From: Actinomycetota bacterium
GTDB taxonomy: Bacteria; Actinomycetota; UBA4738; HRBIN12
NCBI GenBank assembly: GCA_016201135.1
Contig: JACQDK010000073.1
Coordinates: forward strand, 2,416-66,415
Length of the DNA: 64,000 bases
Reading direction: 5' to 3'
The notes beneath the pieces are model-generated. The model had not been told where the DNA came from and ran no database searches. It worked only from the letters and a program-made list of their open reading frames with translations. Numbering within the stretch: position 1 is the first letter of the stretch; every line of letters starts with the position of its first letter. Shown piece after piece: positions 9,431-19,118 of this stretch. A program made the position numbers and the translations under genes.

Positions 9431-10215
9431 CAGGTCGCCTCCTTGATCGAGTTCGATGGGTTTAGTCGCGCCTCGCTCGAAGACGGGTCGCCGTGTGGGC
9501 TGCTGCCCCAGAGCTGCGGAGAGGTCAGGTAGTCGAACGGCCCGCAAAGCTCCAGCCGCAACGCGAACTGGGGCGAGAGGTCGCAAGATTGGCTGGCGTG
9601 CGCAGCGACCGCCCAGCGTTGACGTTCCCGAAACGGGCCGACATCCACCGGGATGAGCTCGGTGGCCGGCCGTCCCGCGTAGCACTCGGCAAGGGCGTCC
9701 TGCATCACAGCGGCGACATGGTCCGGGATCGTCCAGAAGAGCAGGGCCGGCGGGTTCGGCGTCCTGCCCCAAACCCGCATCACGGACTCGCCGACCGCGA
9801 CGTGGTCGGGGTGGCACGTCACTCCCAGCGGGTCGTACGCGAGCACGACGTCCGGCTGCCACCCGTGCATGTGCAGGCACTCGCGGTCGAGCGCTTCGGG
9901 ATCGGTCTCACTCAGCAGGCCGTCCGGATACTCGAGGGTGATCCTGCGGTGGACCCCGAGGATCTCCGCCGCGCGACCCAGCTCGCCTTCCCGTGTCGCG
10001 GCGAGCTCCTCCCGGCTCCCTCGCCAGGTTGGCGTGATCCCGGCCTCCCCGTGCGTGCATGTGAGCAGGCTGACGTGCTTGCCGAGGGAGACGGCGAGGG
10101 CGAGCACGGCCCCCAGGCCGCACGATTCGTCGTCGGGATGCGCGCAGACGGCGAGAACGGTTCCCGCCCGCTTGAAGGCCTCAAGGGGGTCGCCAGCGCC
10201 GCGGTTTGTCGCCAT
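9430..10215 (-). CDS. PIG-L family deacetylase (MshB/Mca-like)
   Basis: AHPDDE, THGEAG, HPDH, AHASQ motifs. Confidence 0.85.
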   Translation of the reverse strand: MATNRGAGDPLEAFKRAGTVLAVCAHPDDESCGLGAVLALAVSLGKHVSLLTCTHGEAGITPTWRGSREELAATREGELGRAAEILGVHRRITLEYPDGLLSETDPEALDRECLHMHGWQPDVVLAYDPLGVTCHPDHVAVGESVMRVWGRTPNPPALLFWTIPDHVAAVMQDALAECYAGRPATELIPVDVGPFRERQRWAVAAHASQSCDLSPQFALRLELCGPFDYLTSPQLWGSSPHGDPSSSEARLNPSNSIKEAT

Positions 10216-10290
10216 GGGAGGTTGGTCGTTCCGGCCGGCGATCGGGGGCCGCGCGACCCTCCGGCGGACCTGCGTCGACCAAACAGCGGT

Positions 10291-10515
10291 ATGGACGTAG
10301 ACGCGACCGTCGGCGATCCTTCTCGTGAGCTCGGAGAGCTCCTGAGGAGGGGCGCCGTGATCGTCGAGATGCACGATGCGGGGTGCCGAGCCCATACGGG
10401 CTCCTCCTGCCTCGTCGTCGTCGTGGACCGGGACGGGACCCGGCACACGTTCCGGGGCGAGGCGCTCGACCTGCTCGAGTCCACGGTGCGTTGCGTGTGT
10501 GCCGAATACCGTTGA
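10291..10515 (+). CDS. Hypothetical small Cys/His-containing protein
   Basis: MDVDATVGD...EMHDAGCRAHTGSSC...RCVC; fills an intergenic gap. Confidence 0.35.
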   Translation: MDVDATVGDPSRELGELLRRGAVIVEMHDAGCRAHTGSSCLVVVVDRDGTRHTFRGEALDLLESTVRCVCAEYR

Positions 10516-10598
10516 TCCGCGCGTGGTCCTTCGCTCGCCCCTCCTCGGTCGCTCCACCGACTAAGCAGATCGGAACCGGAACCTCAGAGGAGGCGGAC

Positions 10599-10993
10599 AT
10601 GATGAGCAGGGTCCTGAAGTGGATCACGGGGCTGCTGGCCTTTGGCTGATCGTCGAGATCAGCGTTTTCGGCGCCGGCGTAGCGCTCTGGATCGCGTTCG
10701 CGACCGCGACCGCGATCGCGATCATCGGGGTCATCGACTTCGGCGCCGACGTCGCCCGCCGCGATCCCCTCGCGGCCACTGGAGCCGTGGCGACGGTCCT
10801 GCTGGCCTCGTTCCTCATCGTGGCGTCGCTCGTGTTCGAGGGTGCCTCGACGAGCTGGCTCATGGTCACGGCCGGTGGGGTGGTCCAGGTGTTCGCCCTC
10901 GGAGCGCTCGGCCTGTCGCGCCCGACAAGGGGTGTGAGGGCCGTGGCTGCTGCTGGATACGAGTCGCGCGAAGATATCCGTCAGGCGGCCTGA
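10599..10993 (+). pseudogene. Frameshifted four-TM membrane protein
   Basis: Strong RBS GAGGAGG; MMSRVLKWITGLLAFG* continues in another frame as WLIVEISVFGAGVALWIAFATA... Confidence 0.55.
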
Positions 10994-11099
10994 AGACCCG
11001 GCGAACCGAGCGCCGCCGTGCGGGGCGGGGGCCGCGAAGGGCCCTCGCCCGGCACCACGTTTCTCCCCATCCTTGGATGAGCGCCGCAGCAGCGACCCG

Positions 11100-11735
11100 T
11101 CAGCGGATCTGAGGGCCTTCGAAGGTCGAGGCGCAGCAGACCCGGAGGCCGAGGCGGTCGGCCAGCCCTTGGAACTCCTTGACCAGCCACCGGCGCACGT
11201 CGCGCGGATCCCGGCGGCGGGCGATCGCATCCAGCAGGATGAGGTCGAGAGCCGCCGACTCCAGCCAGTTCACGTCCTGCGTGAACCCGATGACGCAGGG
11301 CGAGCCGCTGAGGTCGCAGAACGCGTCGAGGTCGCGCCCGGGGACGCGGAGCACCGAGCACGACCCGAAGTACAGGATCTTCTCGGACGAACCGCGAAGC
11401 GCCTCCCCGACCTCCTCGAGCGAGACGGAGCGGCGACCGACCTGGATCCGCCCCGGCTCACCGTGGAACGCGAGGTAGCCCAGGGAATAGCGAGCGTACT
11501 GCTTCTGCTTCCAGCGGCGGAGGGCGTCGAACAGGCCTTCGACGGTGTCGACAGGGTGATGGATGAAGGGGATCCCGTCCACCTTCTCCAGCAGCTCCAG
11601 CAGGTCCCTCACGCTCGCCTTGCTGGTCAGCTTCGGGGACCACGCTCCCTCCACGCAGAAGATCCCGAGCGGCCTCTCACGCGGCGGCCGTGAACGCGTC
11701 TCCGACGAGCCATCGGGCCGAGCCGCTGTGGCCAC
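11100..11735 (-). CDS. DUF6642-like protein (caspase/CHAT-like His-Gly...Cys pattern)
   Basis: IFCVEGAW, YLAFHG, LYFGSC; start uncertain. Confidence 0.7.
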   Translation of the reverse strand: MATAARPDGSSETRSRPPRERPLGIFCVEGAWSPKLTSKASVRDLLELLEKVDGIPFIHHPVDTVEGLFDALRRWKQKQYARYSLGYLAFHGEPGRIQVGRRSVSLEEVGEALRGSSEKILYFGSCSVLRVPGRDLDAFCDLSGSPCVIGFTQDVNWLESAALDLILLDAIARRRDPRDVRRWLVKEFQGLADRLGLRVCCASTFEGPQIR

Positions 11736-11746
11736 GAACGGGTCAC

Positions 11747-12049
11747 CTATTCCCGGACTTCCATTCCCGGCCAGGAGCCCACACCGCGGACGTCGATCCA
11801 CTTCTTCCGCCAGCCCGCAAGGGCGAGCTTGAGGGCGGCGGGCGATTCGAGCCCCTCGTCGCTGAAGAAGAGTTCGAAATCCTCGCCACCGAACCGCCGG
11901 AACTCGTGCGGGTCCTTGGGAGCGTCGACCGAGGTGGCGAGGAACGAGCACCTGGGCCCGGTGCAGCGCAGCAGGTCCGCCCACACGTAGAGCCGGCCAC
12001 CATGCTCCCGGATGAACCCCACCGCCTCCCGGGAGGCAATGACTTTCAC
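11747..12049 (-). CDS. Small Cys-containing hypothetical protein, paralog of 22173-22478
   Basis: VIASREAVGFIREHGGRLYVW...RCTGPRC. Confidence 0.7.
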   Translation of the reverse strand: MKVIASREAVGFIREHGGRLYVWADLLRCTGPRCSFLATSVDAPKDPHEFRRFGGEDFELFFSDEGLESPAALKLALAGWRKKWIDVRGVGSWPGMEVRE

Positions 12050-12071
12050 GTTGCCACCGCCCCTCACGGTC

Positions 12072-13715
12072 TCACGCGGCGCAGCACGAGAGCATGGCCA
12101 CGTCTTTGCTGAACGTCTGCGAAGCGAGCTTCAGACCTTCCGCGATCGTGAGGTACGGGTGGAAGGTCTCCGCCACTTCCTTCACCGTCAAGCGGAACTT
12201 GATCGCGAGCACTGCCGACTGGATCACCTCACCGGCGCTCTCGCCGAGGATCGAGACTCCGAGGATCTCTTCCGTCGATGCGTCTGCCACGACCTTGATC
12301 AACCCCCTCGTCTCGCGGTTCACGATCGCCCGCGGGACCGATGACAGCGGGAGGACCGACGTCTTCACAGCCCGGCCTTGCTCCTCGGCCTGCGCCTCCG
12401 TCAGACCCGCCGACGCGATCTGGGGGCTGGTGAACGTGACCCTGGGCAGGGCCCGGAGATCCACGGTTCGGGAGGCGCCCTTCAGGGCGTTCTCGGCCGC
12501 CAGGTTGCCCTCGTAGGCGGAGACGTAGACGAATTGGGGCGCGGGCGTGCAGTCGCCGGCGGCGAAGACCCGCGGGTTCGTGGTCCGCAGGTGCTCGTCC
12601 ACCACGATGGCCCTACGCGGATCGAGCTGCACACCGGCCTCCTCCAGGCCCATCCCGGCCGTGTTCGGGATGCGGCCCGTCGCCACCAGCACCTGGTCGA
12701 CGGGGAACTCCCGGAGGGCCCCATCCACCTCCGCGTACACGATCCGCTTCCCGTCAGTCGCCGTCACCTTCACGATCCTGGCCGGGGCGAGGACCTCCGC
12801 ACCCTGGTCGCGGAGGATCCCGGTGAAGGCCTCGGAGACCTCGGGCTCCTCGAAGGGAGCGATCCGCTCGAGGACGTCGAAGAAGAACACCTTCGTCCCG
12901 AGGTGAAGGAAGAACTGGCCGAGCTCGAGGCCGATGGCGTTTGCCCCGATCACCGCCATCGACCCGGGCAGCTCCTTCAGGTCGAGCGCCGTCGTGCTGG
13001 TGAGGTAGCCAGCGTCCTGCAGCCCCTCGATCGGCGGCACCGCGGGGGATGCGCCGGTCGCGACCAGGTACGCGCCGGCCGTGATGGTACGGCCGTCGAC
13101 CGAGAGCGTGTCCGGACCGACGAACTCGGCATGGCCCGGGATCAGCTCGAAGCCATAGGCGTCCACGAGGTCGATGTACTTCTCCTGCCGCATCACCTCG
13201 ACGAGCTCGTCCTTCTGGGCGACGAGCGCGGCGAGGTCCGCCTTGCCGGCGGAGGTCTCCACGCCCGCGAAGTCCTGGTGGCCTGCCTGGAAGCAGACCT
13301 CGCCCGCCCGAAGCAGCGCCTTGGAGGGCACGCATCCCACGTTAACGCAGGTGCCCCCCACGGTCCCGTGCTCGACGAGCGCCACCCGCGCGCCCTGATC
13401 GCGAGCCTTGATGGCAGCCGCGAACGCCGCCGAGCCGGCCCCGATGATGAGCAGGTCGTACTCGGAGGCGTCGACCCTGCCAGCCCTCGAGCCCTCCGTC
13501 TCGAGCGCCTCGACCTTGCCGGGGCCGTAGCCCGAGTCCCGCACGGCCTCGGCGAAGCGGTCGACGCTGATGTCCTCGCCGACAGCGAAGACGGCCTCGC
13601 CCTTCCGCCAGTCCGCCGCCACCTCGCGCGCTCCGGCCCACTCGAGCGCTCTCGCAACGTGAAGATTGCAGGAGTCACAGGTCATGCCGGCCACTTCCAT
13701 CCGAAGCTTCGTCAT
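12072..13715 (-). CDS. merA: Mercuric reductase
   Basis: N-terminal GMTCDSC HMA domain, GAGSAA FAD motif, CVNVGC redox pair, C-terminal SCCAA. Confidence 0.95.
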   Translation of the reverse strand: MTKLRMEVAGMTCDSCNLHVARALEWAGAREVAADWRKGEAVFAVGEDISVDRFAEAVRDSGYGPGKVEALETEGSRAGRVDASEYDLLIIGAGSAAFAAAIKARDQGARVALVEHGTVGGTCVNVGCVPSKALLRAGEVCFQAGHQDFAGVETSAGKADLAALVAQKDELVEVMRQEKYIDLVDAYGFELIPGHAEFVGPDTLSVDGRTITAGAYLVATGASPAVPPIEGLQDAGYLTSTTALDLKELPGSMAVIGANAIGLELGQFFLHLGTKVFFFDVLERIAPFEEPEVSEAFTGILRDQGAEVLAPARIVKVTATDGKRIVYAEVDGALREFPVDQVLVATGRIPNTAGMGLEEAGVQLDPRRAIVVDEHLRTTNPRVFAAGDCTPAPQFVYVSAYEGNLAAENALKGASRTVDLRALPRVTFTSPQIASAGLTEAQAEEQGRAVKTSVLPLSSVPRAIVNRETRGLIKVVADASTEEILGVSILGESAGEVIQSAVLAIKFRLTVKEVAETFHPYLTIAEGLKLASQTFSKDVAMLSCCAA

Positions 13716-13737
13716 CGGTCTCCTCCTTGTCGCTCGT

Positions 13738-14337
13738 TCACCGAAGGCTTCCCCAAGACTCGCGGCCGAGCGCCTCGACTTGGGACAGACTCAGCACCTC
13801 TCCCCGCGGGTCGCCTGAACCTGCTCGCCAGGACCTCAGGTGCTCCTCGTCACAGAACAGGTTCGCCTGCGGGCACAGCTCCTCCCGCACGTTGGAGCAC
13901 GGGTCGGTTGGGAGCCACGCCACGAACCCGGGCTCGGAGGCGGGGCGCCCGCGCTCGAACTCGATCCAAAGCTCGCGGCCGCACTGTGGACAGGAAGTCG
14001 TCGCGAGGGCGTCCTGATCGAGGGCCGCGGGGATGCCGATCGCATCGATCGCGCACCACGTGTACAGCGCAACGCCGCCGAGGGTCAGTCGGTGCGAGGT
14101 CGGAAGCAGCGTGAGGCCGGCCGAGCCTACGACTCGACCATCCGTGTCGAGCTCGACCTGCCCGCCCGAGGCCAGCGAACGAAGGGCATCATCCACCTCA
14201 CCTACGGAGAAGCCCGTACCCTTAGCGATGGCCGCGGAACTCGCTACCTCGCCTCGGCGCAGGATCCGGAAGGCCAGTCGCCGCACGGCCTCCTCGCGCG
14301 GACCCCGGACGCGCTCGAGCACGTTGAGATCACCCAT
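13738..14337 (-). CDS. merB: Organomercurial lyase
   Basis: YTWCAID, CPQCG, LCPQANLFC; adjacent to merA. Confidence 0.85.
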   Translation of the reverse strand: MGDLNVLERVRGPREEAVRRLAFRILRRGEVASSAAIAKGTGFSVGEVDDALRSLASGGQVELDTDGRVVGSAGLTLLPTSHRLTLGGVALYTWCAIDAIGIPAALDQDALATTSCPQCGRELWIEFERGRPASEPGFVAWLPTDPCSNVREELCPQANLFCDEEHLRSWRAGSGDPRGEVLSLSQVEALGRESWGSLR

Positions 14338-14339
14338 GG

Positions 14340-14705
14340 CTAGATCCAGTCCGGTCCGATGCGGCGGCATGTCGCCAGGTGATCGCGGTGCTCACCGACC
14401 AGGGATCGTGCCATGCGCATCAGGTCTCTCACGCCAGGGTCGGCGATGCGGTAGACGACCTGGCGGCCGCGGCGCTCGGCATCGGCGAACCGGCACCACT
14501 TCAGGCAGGCCAGGTGGTTCGAGACGCGACTCTGGGGCGCCCCAACGAGGCTCACCAACTCCGACACCGTGCGCTCGCGCTCGAGCAGGGCTTCGATGAT
14601 CCGGAGTCTGGTGGGATCGCCGAGGGTCCGGAAGTAGCGCGCCAGCGCCTCCGGCCCGCATGCGTCTTGCGAACCCGACCGGCTTCTTGCTTGCCTCGCG
14701 CCCAT
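14340..14705 (-). CDS. ArsR/SmtB metal-sensing repressor (CmtR-like Cys pattern)
   Basis: LGDPTRLRII, SNHLACLKWC, C-terminal Cys; RBS GGAGG. Confidence 0.9.
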   Translation of the reverse strand: MGARQARSRSGSQDACGPEALARYFRTLGDPTRLRIIEALLERERTVSELVSLVGAPQSRVSNHLACLKWCRFADAERRGRQVVYRIADPGVRDLMRMARSLVGEHRDHLATCRRIGPDWI

Positions 14706-14725
14706 CTCTCCTCCCGGCCCGGCCT

Positions 14726-14771
14726 TACAACAGGATATCCTGATTGTATCCCTCGCTTGCGCTTCCGTCAC
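14726..14771 (-). promoter_or_regulatory. Promoter/operator of arsR-merB-merA
   Basis: Minus strand GTGACG-N17-TACAAT; near-perfect palindrome TACAA-CAGGATATCCTG-A-TTGTA (14726-14748) overlaps the -10. Confidence 0.7.
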
Positions 14772-16288
14772 CCGGGGTGGTTCCAGCGCCTCGGGGCGAT
14801 CAGCGCGTCGGCCTCCCTCGGTCCCCAGGAACCGGGGAGGTACCGGTGGGGCGAGGGCGGATCGGCGAGCGCTGGCTCCAGGATCTCCCAGGCGCGCTCC
14901 ACTCCGGCACCCCCCGTGAAGAGCGTGCGGTCTCCCTGCATCGCGTCGTATAGGAGCCGCTCATACGCCTCGACGAGCCGGGACTTGAACGTCGGCTCGT
15001 ACCAGAAGTCCAGGGCCGCCTCACCGAGCGCGAGGGCGGCGCCGGGACGCTTCGCCATGAACGAGAGGAAGATCCCCTCGTCGGGCTGGATCCGGACCGT
15101 GAGGTGGTTGCCGCCACGCCCGTCCGAACGCGCGGACCGGAACAGCTCTATCGCGGGCTCCCGGAAGGCGATCGTTATCTCGCTCGTTCGGCGCGCCAGA
15201 CTCTTGCCGGTCCGCACGAAGAACGGGACGCCCCGCCACCGATCGTTCTCTACCTCGAGCCGGAGGGCGACGAAGGTTTCCGCCTGCGACGCGGAAGCGA
15301 CCCCCGGCTCGGACCGGTAGCCGAGGTACTGGCCGCGCACCACGTGGGACGGCTCCACCGGCCGGATGGCTCTCAGCACCCTCAGCTTCTCCGCGAGGAG
15401 GGCATCAGCGTCGAGGGACCCGGGCGGCTCCATGGCCACGAACGTCAGAACCTGGAGGATGTGGGGCTGGACCATGTCCCGGAGGGCGCCGACCTCCTCG
15501 TAGAACGAGCCCCTCCCCTCGATCCCGATGTCTTCGGCGACGGTCATCTGGACATGGTCCACGTGGCGACGGTTCCAGAGGGGCTCGAGGATGGCGTTGG
15601 CGAAGCGGAGGACGAGGAGGTTCTGGACGGTTTCCTTGCCCAGGTAGTGGTCGATCCGGAACACACGGGTCTCGTCGAACACGGCCGCGATCGCCCGGTT
15701 AAGCGCCCCGGCACTCGCCGCGTCGTGCCCGAACGGCTTCTCCACGATGACCCTTGACCCAGCCGCGAGCCCCGACTCTGCGAGCCCCCTGATCACCTCC
15801 GCGAACGCGGAGGGAGGCGTGGCCAGGTAGAAGAGCCGGCGGCCCTCCGTCCCGTGCTCCCGGTCCATGCTGCCGAGGTGTTCTGCCAAGCGATCGAAGG
15901 TCGCGAGGTCACCGAGGTCTCCCGACAGATGAGACAGGCCGGCCTCGAACCGCCGCCAGTCCGGGGCGTCGACGTCGCACCGGCAGAAGCTCTCGCTCGA
16001 GGTGCGGGCCCACCGCCGGAATCCCCCTGGATCGAGCTCGCTCCGGGACACACCGACGACCGCGTAGCGCTCGGGGAGGAGGCCCGCCACGCCGAGGTGA
16101 TACAGAGCCGGCAGCAGCTTGCGCCTCGTGAGGTCGCCGGAGCCGCCGAGGATCACGATGCTCTGTGGAGGCGGACGCGACAACCCGCCAGATTCCCCCC
16201 CGAGTGCTCCCCCCACGACCGGACCCACGCCGATCCTCGTCAAGGCCATGACGCCCTTAGTCGATAGAGCCGCTGGTTTGGGTCCCAT
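14768..16288 (-). CDS. zwf: Glucose-6-phosphate dehydrogenase (island copy, intact)
   Basis: GGSGDL, EKPFG, RIDHYLGKE, RTGK, AYERL; start uncertain. Confidence 0.95.
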   Translation of the reverse strand: MGPKPAALSTKGVMALTRIGVGPVVGGALGGESGGLSRPPPQSIVILGGSGDLTRRKLLPALYHLGVAGLLPERYAVVGVSRSELDPGGFRRWARTSSESFCRCDVDAPDWRRFEAGLSHLSGDLGDLATFDRLAEHLGSMDREHGTEGRRLFYLATPPSAFAEVIRGLAESGLAAGSRVIVEKPFGHDAASAGALNRAIAAVFDETRVFRIDHYLGKETVQNLLVLRFANAILEPLWNRRHVDHVQMTVAEDIGIEGRGSFYEEVGALRDMVQPHILQVLTFVAMEPPGSLDADALLAEKLRVLRAIRPVEPSHVVRGQYLGYRSEPGVASASQAETFVALRLEVENDRWRGVPFFVRTGKSLARRTSEITIAFREPAIELFRSARSDGRGGNHLTVRIQPDEGIFLSFMAKRPGAALALGEAALDFWYEPTFKSRLVEAYERLLYDAMQGDRTLFTGGAGVERAWEILEPALADPPSPHRYLPGSWGPREADALIAPRRWNHPG

Positions 16289-16376
16289 GCCCGCGGGTCG
16301 CGGCTGCCACGGGCACGATCGTCGTTGCCTCGGGTTGCCGGGGAGTGGGGCCCGTCGTGGCCCGGCGCCCGGTGAC

Positions 16377-17336
16377 CTATGCGCGGACGGAACGGAAGGG
16401 CCGGAGGCCGATCCAACCGAGGAGCGCCGAGCAAGCGACGACGCCCGTCCAGAGGGCGCCCGGGTGAAGCGCGCCGCACAGCGCGGCCACCACGCCGATC
16501 GCCAGGAGCCCCGTCAAGGCCAGAGCGACGGTCGCCCGCGTCCTCGATTCCGGGTACCGACCGAGCAGGCGACCCACGCGGTAGCCGAGATCAGCCTCGT
16601 CGGCCAAAGCAGCGCTCGGAGCGGGCGCCGCACTCGTAAGGCCCACCTTCGCGATGGCCCGGGCGACGACCTCTGGGTCCCCGACCGCCCTCGCCGCATG
16701 GTCGTCGGCCGCCGCCTCCAGCTCCCGCCGCAGCGACGCGAACGCGCGTCGGGCAGGCGGGAGCACTCCGAACGCTTGCGTCATCACGTGGCCGACGAGC
16801 AGGAGGCCAGGATGGCCCCCCTGGACGTGGGCGACCTCATGAGCGACGGCCGCCCGCCGTTCCTCCTCGCTCAGGAGGTCCATGAGGCCTTGGGAGACGA
16901 CCACCCGCGCCCGCCGGAGACCTACGGCGAAGGCCACGGGCCGCTCGACCGGCAGGATGTAGACAGGCACTCCCTCCGGCGTTGCGGTCGGCTCGCCGAC
17001 GCTCAACCGTCGAGGCCCGACGGCGAGCGTCGCGCGAAGCGTCCTGACGGTCGCTACCGCGAGCCACCCGAGGATCGCGCCCACGACCCCGAGGGCGACC
17101 CACGCGAGGATCTGCCTGTCGTGCTCATGAGCTCCGTGAGAAGTTCCGCGCAGCAGCGAACCGGGCCCGGCGAGACAGAGCAAGAACGCGATCGGTGCAA
17201 CGGCAATCCCGATCAGAGCCCAGAGATGGAGCGCCGCGGCCACCCGCGGCGATGCGCGTCGATCGGACACGACCCCGCCGAGGGCGGGAGCGGCAAGGGC
17301 GAGCGCCCCGACCAGCGCGATGCCGGCCGCGTTCAC
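16377..17336 (-). CDS. M56-family membrane zinc metalloprotease (BlaR-like)
   Basis: HEVAH, ELEAAADD; overlaps the blaI-like gene. Confidence 0.9.
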   Translation of the reverse strand: MNAAGIALVGALALAAPALGGVVSDRRASPRVAAALHLWALIGIAVAPIAFLLCLAGPGSLLRGTSHGAHEHDRQILAWVALGVVGAILGWLAVATVRTLRATLAVGPRRLSVGEPTATPEGVPVYILPVERPVAFAVGLRRARVVVSQGLMDLLSEEERRAAVAHEVAHVQGGHPGLLLVGHVMTQAFGVLPPARRAFASLRRELEAAADDHAARAVGDPEVVARAIAKVGLTSAAPAPSAALADEADLGYRVGRLLGRYPESRTRATVALALTGLLAIGVVAALCGALHPGALWTGVVACSALLGWIGLRPFRSVRA

Positions 17337-17719
17337 CGTGCGCTCCGTCCCCTACGCAACCGGTCGAGCGTCCTGAGCAGTTCCGGGTCCTTCGCCAATT
17401 CCTCGACGAAGTGCGCCAACACAGCCTTCGGATCCTCCGACGCCGCCAGGAGATCCTGGATCCTCCGGGCCTCGATCTCAGCGGGCGTCCCCGACGCCCG
17501 ATAGAGGTAGGCCCTCCCGGAGAGGACGCGCTCCGCCAAGCCTTTCCCGTGCAGTCGGGTAAGGACGGTCATCACGGTGGTGTAGGCCCGCTTCCGACCC
17601 TTCAGCTTCGACGCGATGTCACGTACCGAGAGCGGCTCCGTCGCGTCCCAGAGGCACCCGAGCACCTGGGCCTCGAGGGCCCCGATGCGATGCCCGGCTA
17701 CGATGCGGCTTCGCGTCAT
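17333..17719 (-). CDS. BlaI/MecI/CopY family repressor
   Basis: GALEAQVLGCLW, AYTTVMTVLTRLHGKG, RAYLY. Confidence 0.92.
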   Translation of the reverse strand: MTRSRIVAGHRIGALEAQVLGCLWDATEPLSVRDIASKLKGRKRAYTTVMTVLTRLHGKGLAERVLSGRAYLYRASGTPAEIEARRIQDLLAASEDPKAVLAHFVEELAKDPELLRTLDRLRRGRSAR

Positions 17720-17803
17720 GCCACCCGCATGCTGGCCGCCCCACGCCACGTTCGTCAACCGGGAGGCAGCCGGCACCAGTACATTCGGCCTCATGACGCC
17801 ACA

Positions 17804-18199
17804 CTAGTGTGCGAACGCATCGGAGAGCTCTCGCGCCGCGATCCGCGCGGCGGTGACGACCGCAACGCTCACCAGCAGGTACGTGACGATCGCCGTGGCC
17901 CCGGCGACCGCCAGGGTCACCGCGATCGAGGGAGCGCGCTCCGGCGGCGGGAGGCAGCGCCGCGCCCGCCGCAACGTCAGCCACCCGCTTACGACGAGGA
18001 TTGTCACTCCGGCTACGACGAACGGCCACCGGGCAAGCCCGATACCGACGCCGGCCGCCGCGGCGCCGACGCCGGCGCACGCGGTGCACAGTGCCGCAAG
18101 GACGGGACCAAACGACGGTACCGAAGCGAGGAGTCCGCCGAGCGCCCCGCGGCCGGCGCCGCGGGCGCACCCGTCAGCGATCGGAGTTCTGGTGTCCAC
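17804..18199 (-). CDS. Membrane protein with CxxC (MerT/MerC-like transporter candidate)
   Basis: LCTACAG in the first hydrophobic segment; about three TMs. Confidence 0.55.
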   Translation of the reverse strand: MDTRTPIADGCARGAGRGALGGLLASVPSFGPVLAALCTACAGVGAAAAGVGIGLARWPFVVAGVTILVVSGWLTLRRARRCLPPPERAPSIAVTLAVAGATAIVTYLLVSVAVVTAARIAARELSDAFAH

Positions 18200-18416
18200 G
18201 CAAAGCCCGACTCCGTGCCCGCTTGAGCCTGCCCAGCTTCAGGCCGGCCCACACAGCGACGACGATCCCGAGAACGGTGAGCGGCCAGTAACGCACGGCG
18301 AGTCCTCCGGCCGCGGCGACGGCCCCCCCGGCCGTGATGGCCAGCAGTGGCACCGCGCAGCAAGCGATCATCGCCACCACGGCAAGCACCGTCCCCGTTC
18401 CACTGCCCTTACTCAC
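18174..18416 (-). CDS. Small two-TM protein with ACCAVPLL (MerT/MerF-like metal transporter candidate)
   Basis: Vicinal Cys pair within TM1. Confidence 0.65.
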   Translation of the reverse strand: MSKGSGTGTVLAVVAMIACCAVPLLAITAGGAVAAAGGLAVRYWPLTVLGIVVAVWAGLKLGRLKRARSRALRGHQNSDR

Positions 18417-18452
18417 TCCCGCCGTCCCTTCCCGTTCCCGGCCCCAGATCGC

Positions 18453-19118
18453 TCATCCTGTCCCTTGGACGGCCTGCTGGAGGAGGCTCAGGTAGGCGGG
18501 ATCGGCCTGCACGTCGTTCACATCCTCTAGGACCCCTCGGCCGTTCAGAAGGAACTTCGTGTCGAGCGCTCGAAGGCTCACGGCCCGGGCGAACGTGTCG
18601 TTCTGATCGAGCGCGACGATCCAGTCGGGCCTCGCGAACTTCTCTCTCCAGCCCCTGAGGGCAGCAGGTCCCTCGGTCGTGTCGACGAACATGACGAGGA
18701 CGTTGAAGGCGTTCCCACCCAGCTGGTCGTCGAGCCGGGAGACCAGCTTCGCGCCCTCCTGGCACGGGAGGCAGTACGACGTCGTGAACCAGATGATCGT
18801 TGGCTTGCCGCTGAGTGAGTCTTTCGTCACGACGCGGCCGTCGACGTCGGTAACGCTGAACGCCGGGAATGGCTTTCCGATCCGGATTGCGCCCGCATCG
18901 ACGCTGACCCTTGGCGCCGTCGACCGGGCTACCGCCCCCGATGCCCGGCTCGGCTGGGGACTTCCCCTCGCGAACACGAGCGCGGTGGCGATCACCGCCA
19001 CGAGCACCACAACGGCCGCCGTCCCAAGCGCGCGGATGCGCTGGTTCCGGCGAGCAGCCTTCCGGCGGGTCTCGTGGGCTCGCGCTCGTGCCGGCTTGAC
19101 ACGGGTCTTCCCGCTCAT
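18453..19118 (-). CDS. Membrane-anchored TlpA/thioredoxin-like protein
   Basis: PAFSVTDVDG, WFTTSYCLPC. Confidence 0.85.
   Translation of the reverse strand: MSGKTRVKPARARAHETRRKAARRNQRIRALGTAAVVVLVAVIATALVFARGSPQPSRASGAVARSTAPRVSVDAGAIRIGKPFPAFSVTDVDGRVVTKDSLSGKPTIIWFTTSYCLPCQEGAKLVSRLDDQLGGNAFNVLVMFVDTTEGPAALRGWREKFARPDWIVALDQNDTFARAVSLRALDTKFLLNGRGVLEDVNDVQADPAYLSLLQQAVQGTG

Noticed and set aside
10647..10649. TGA as a possible second selenocysteine codon
   Set aside because: Read-through gives a non-protein-like sequence, and the membrane protein continues in a different frame, so this is a frameshift.
14340..14705. Naming the regulator merR
   Set aside because: The sequence is ArsR/SmtB-fold, not MerR family, so the symbol is withheld.
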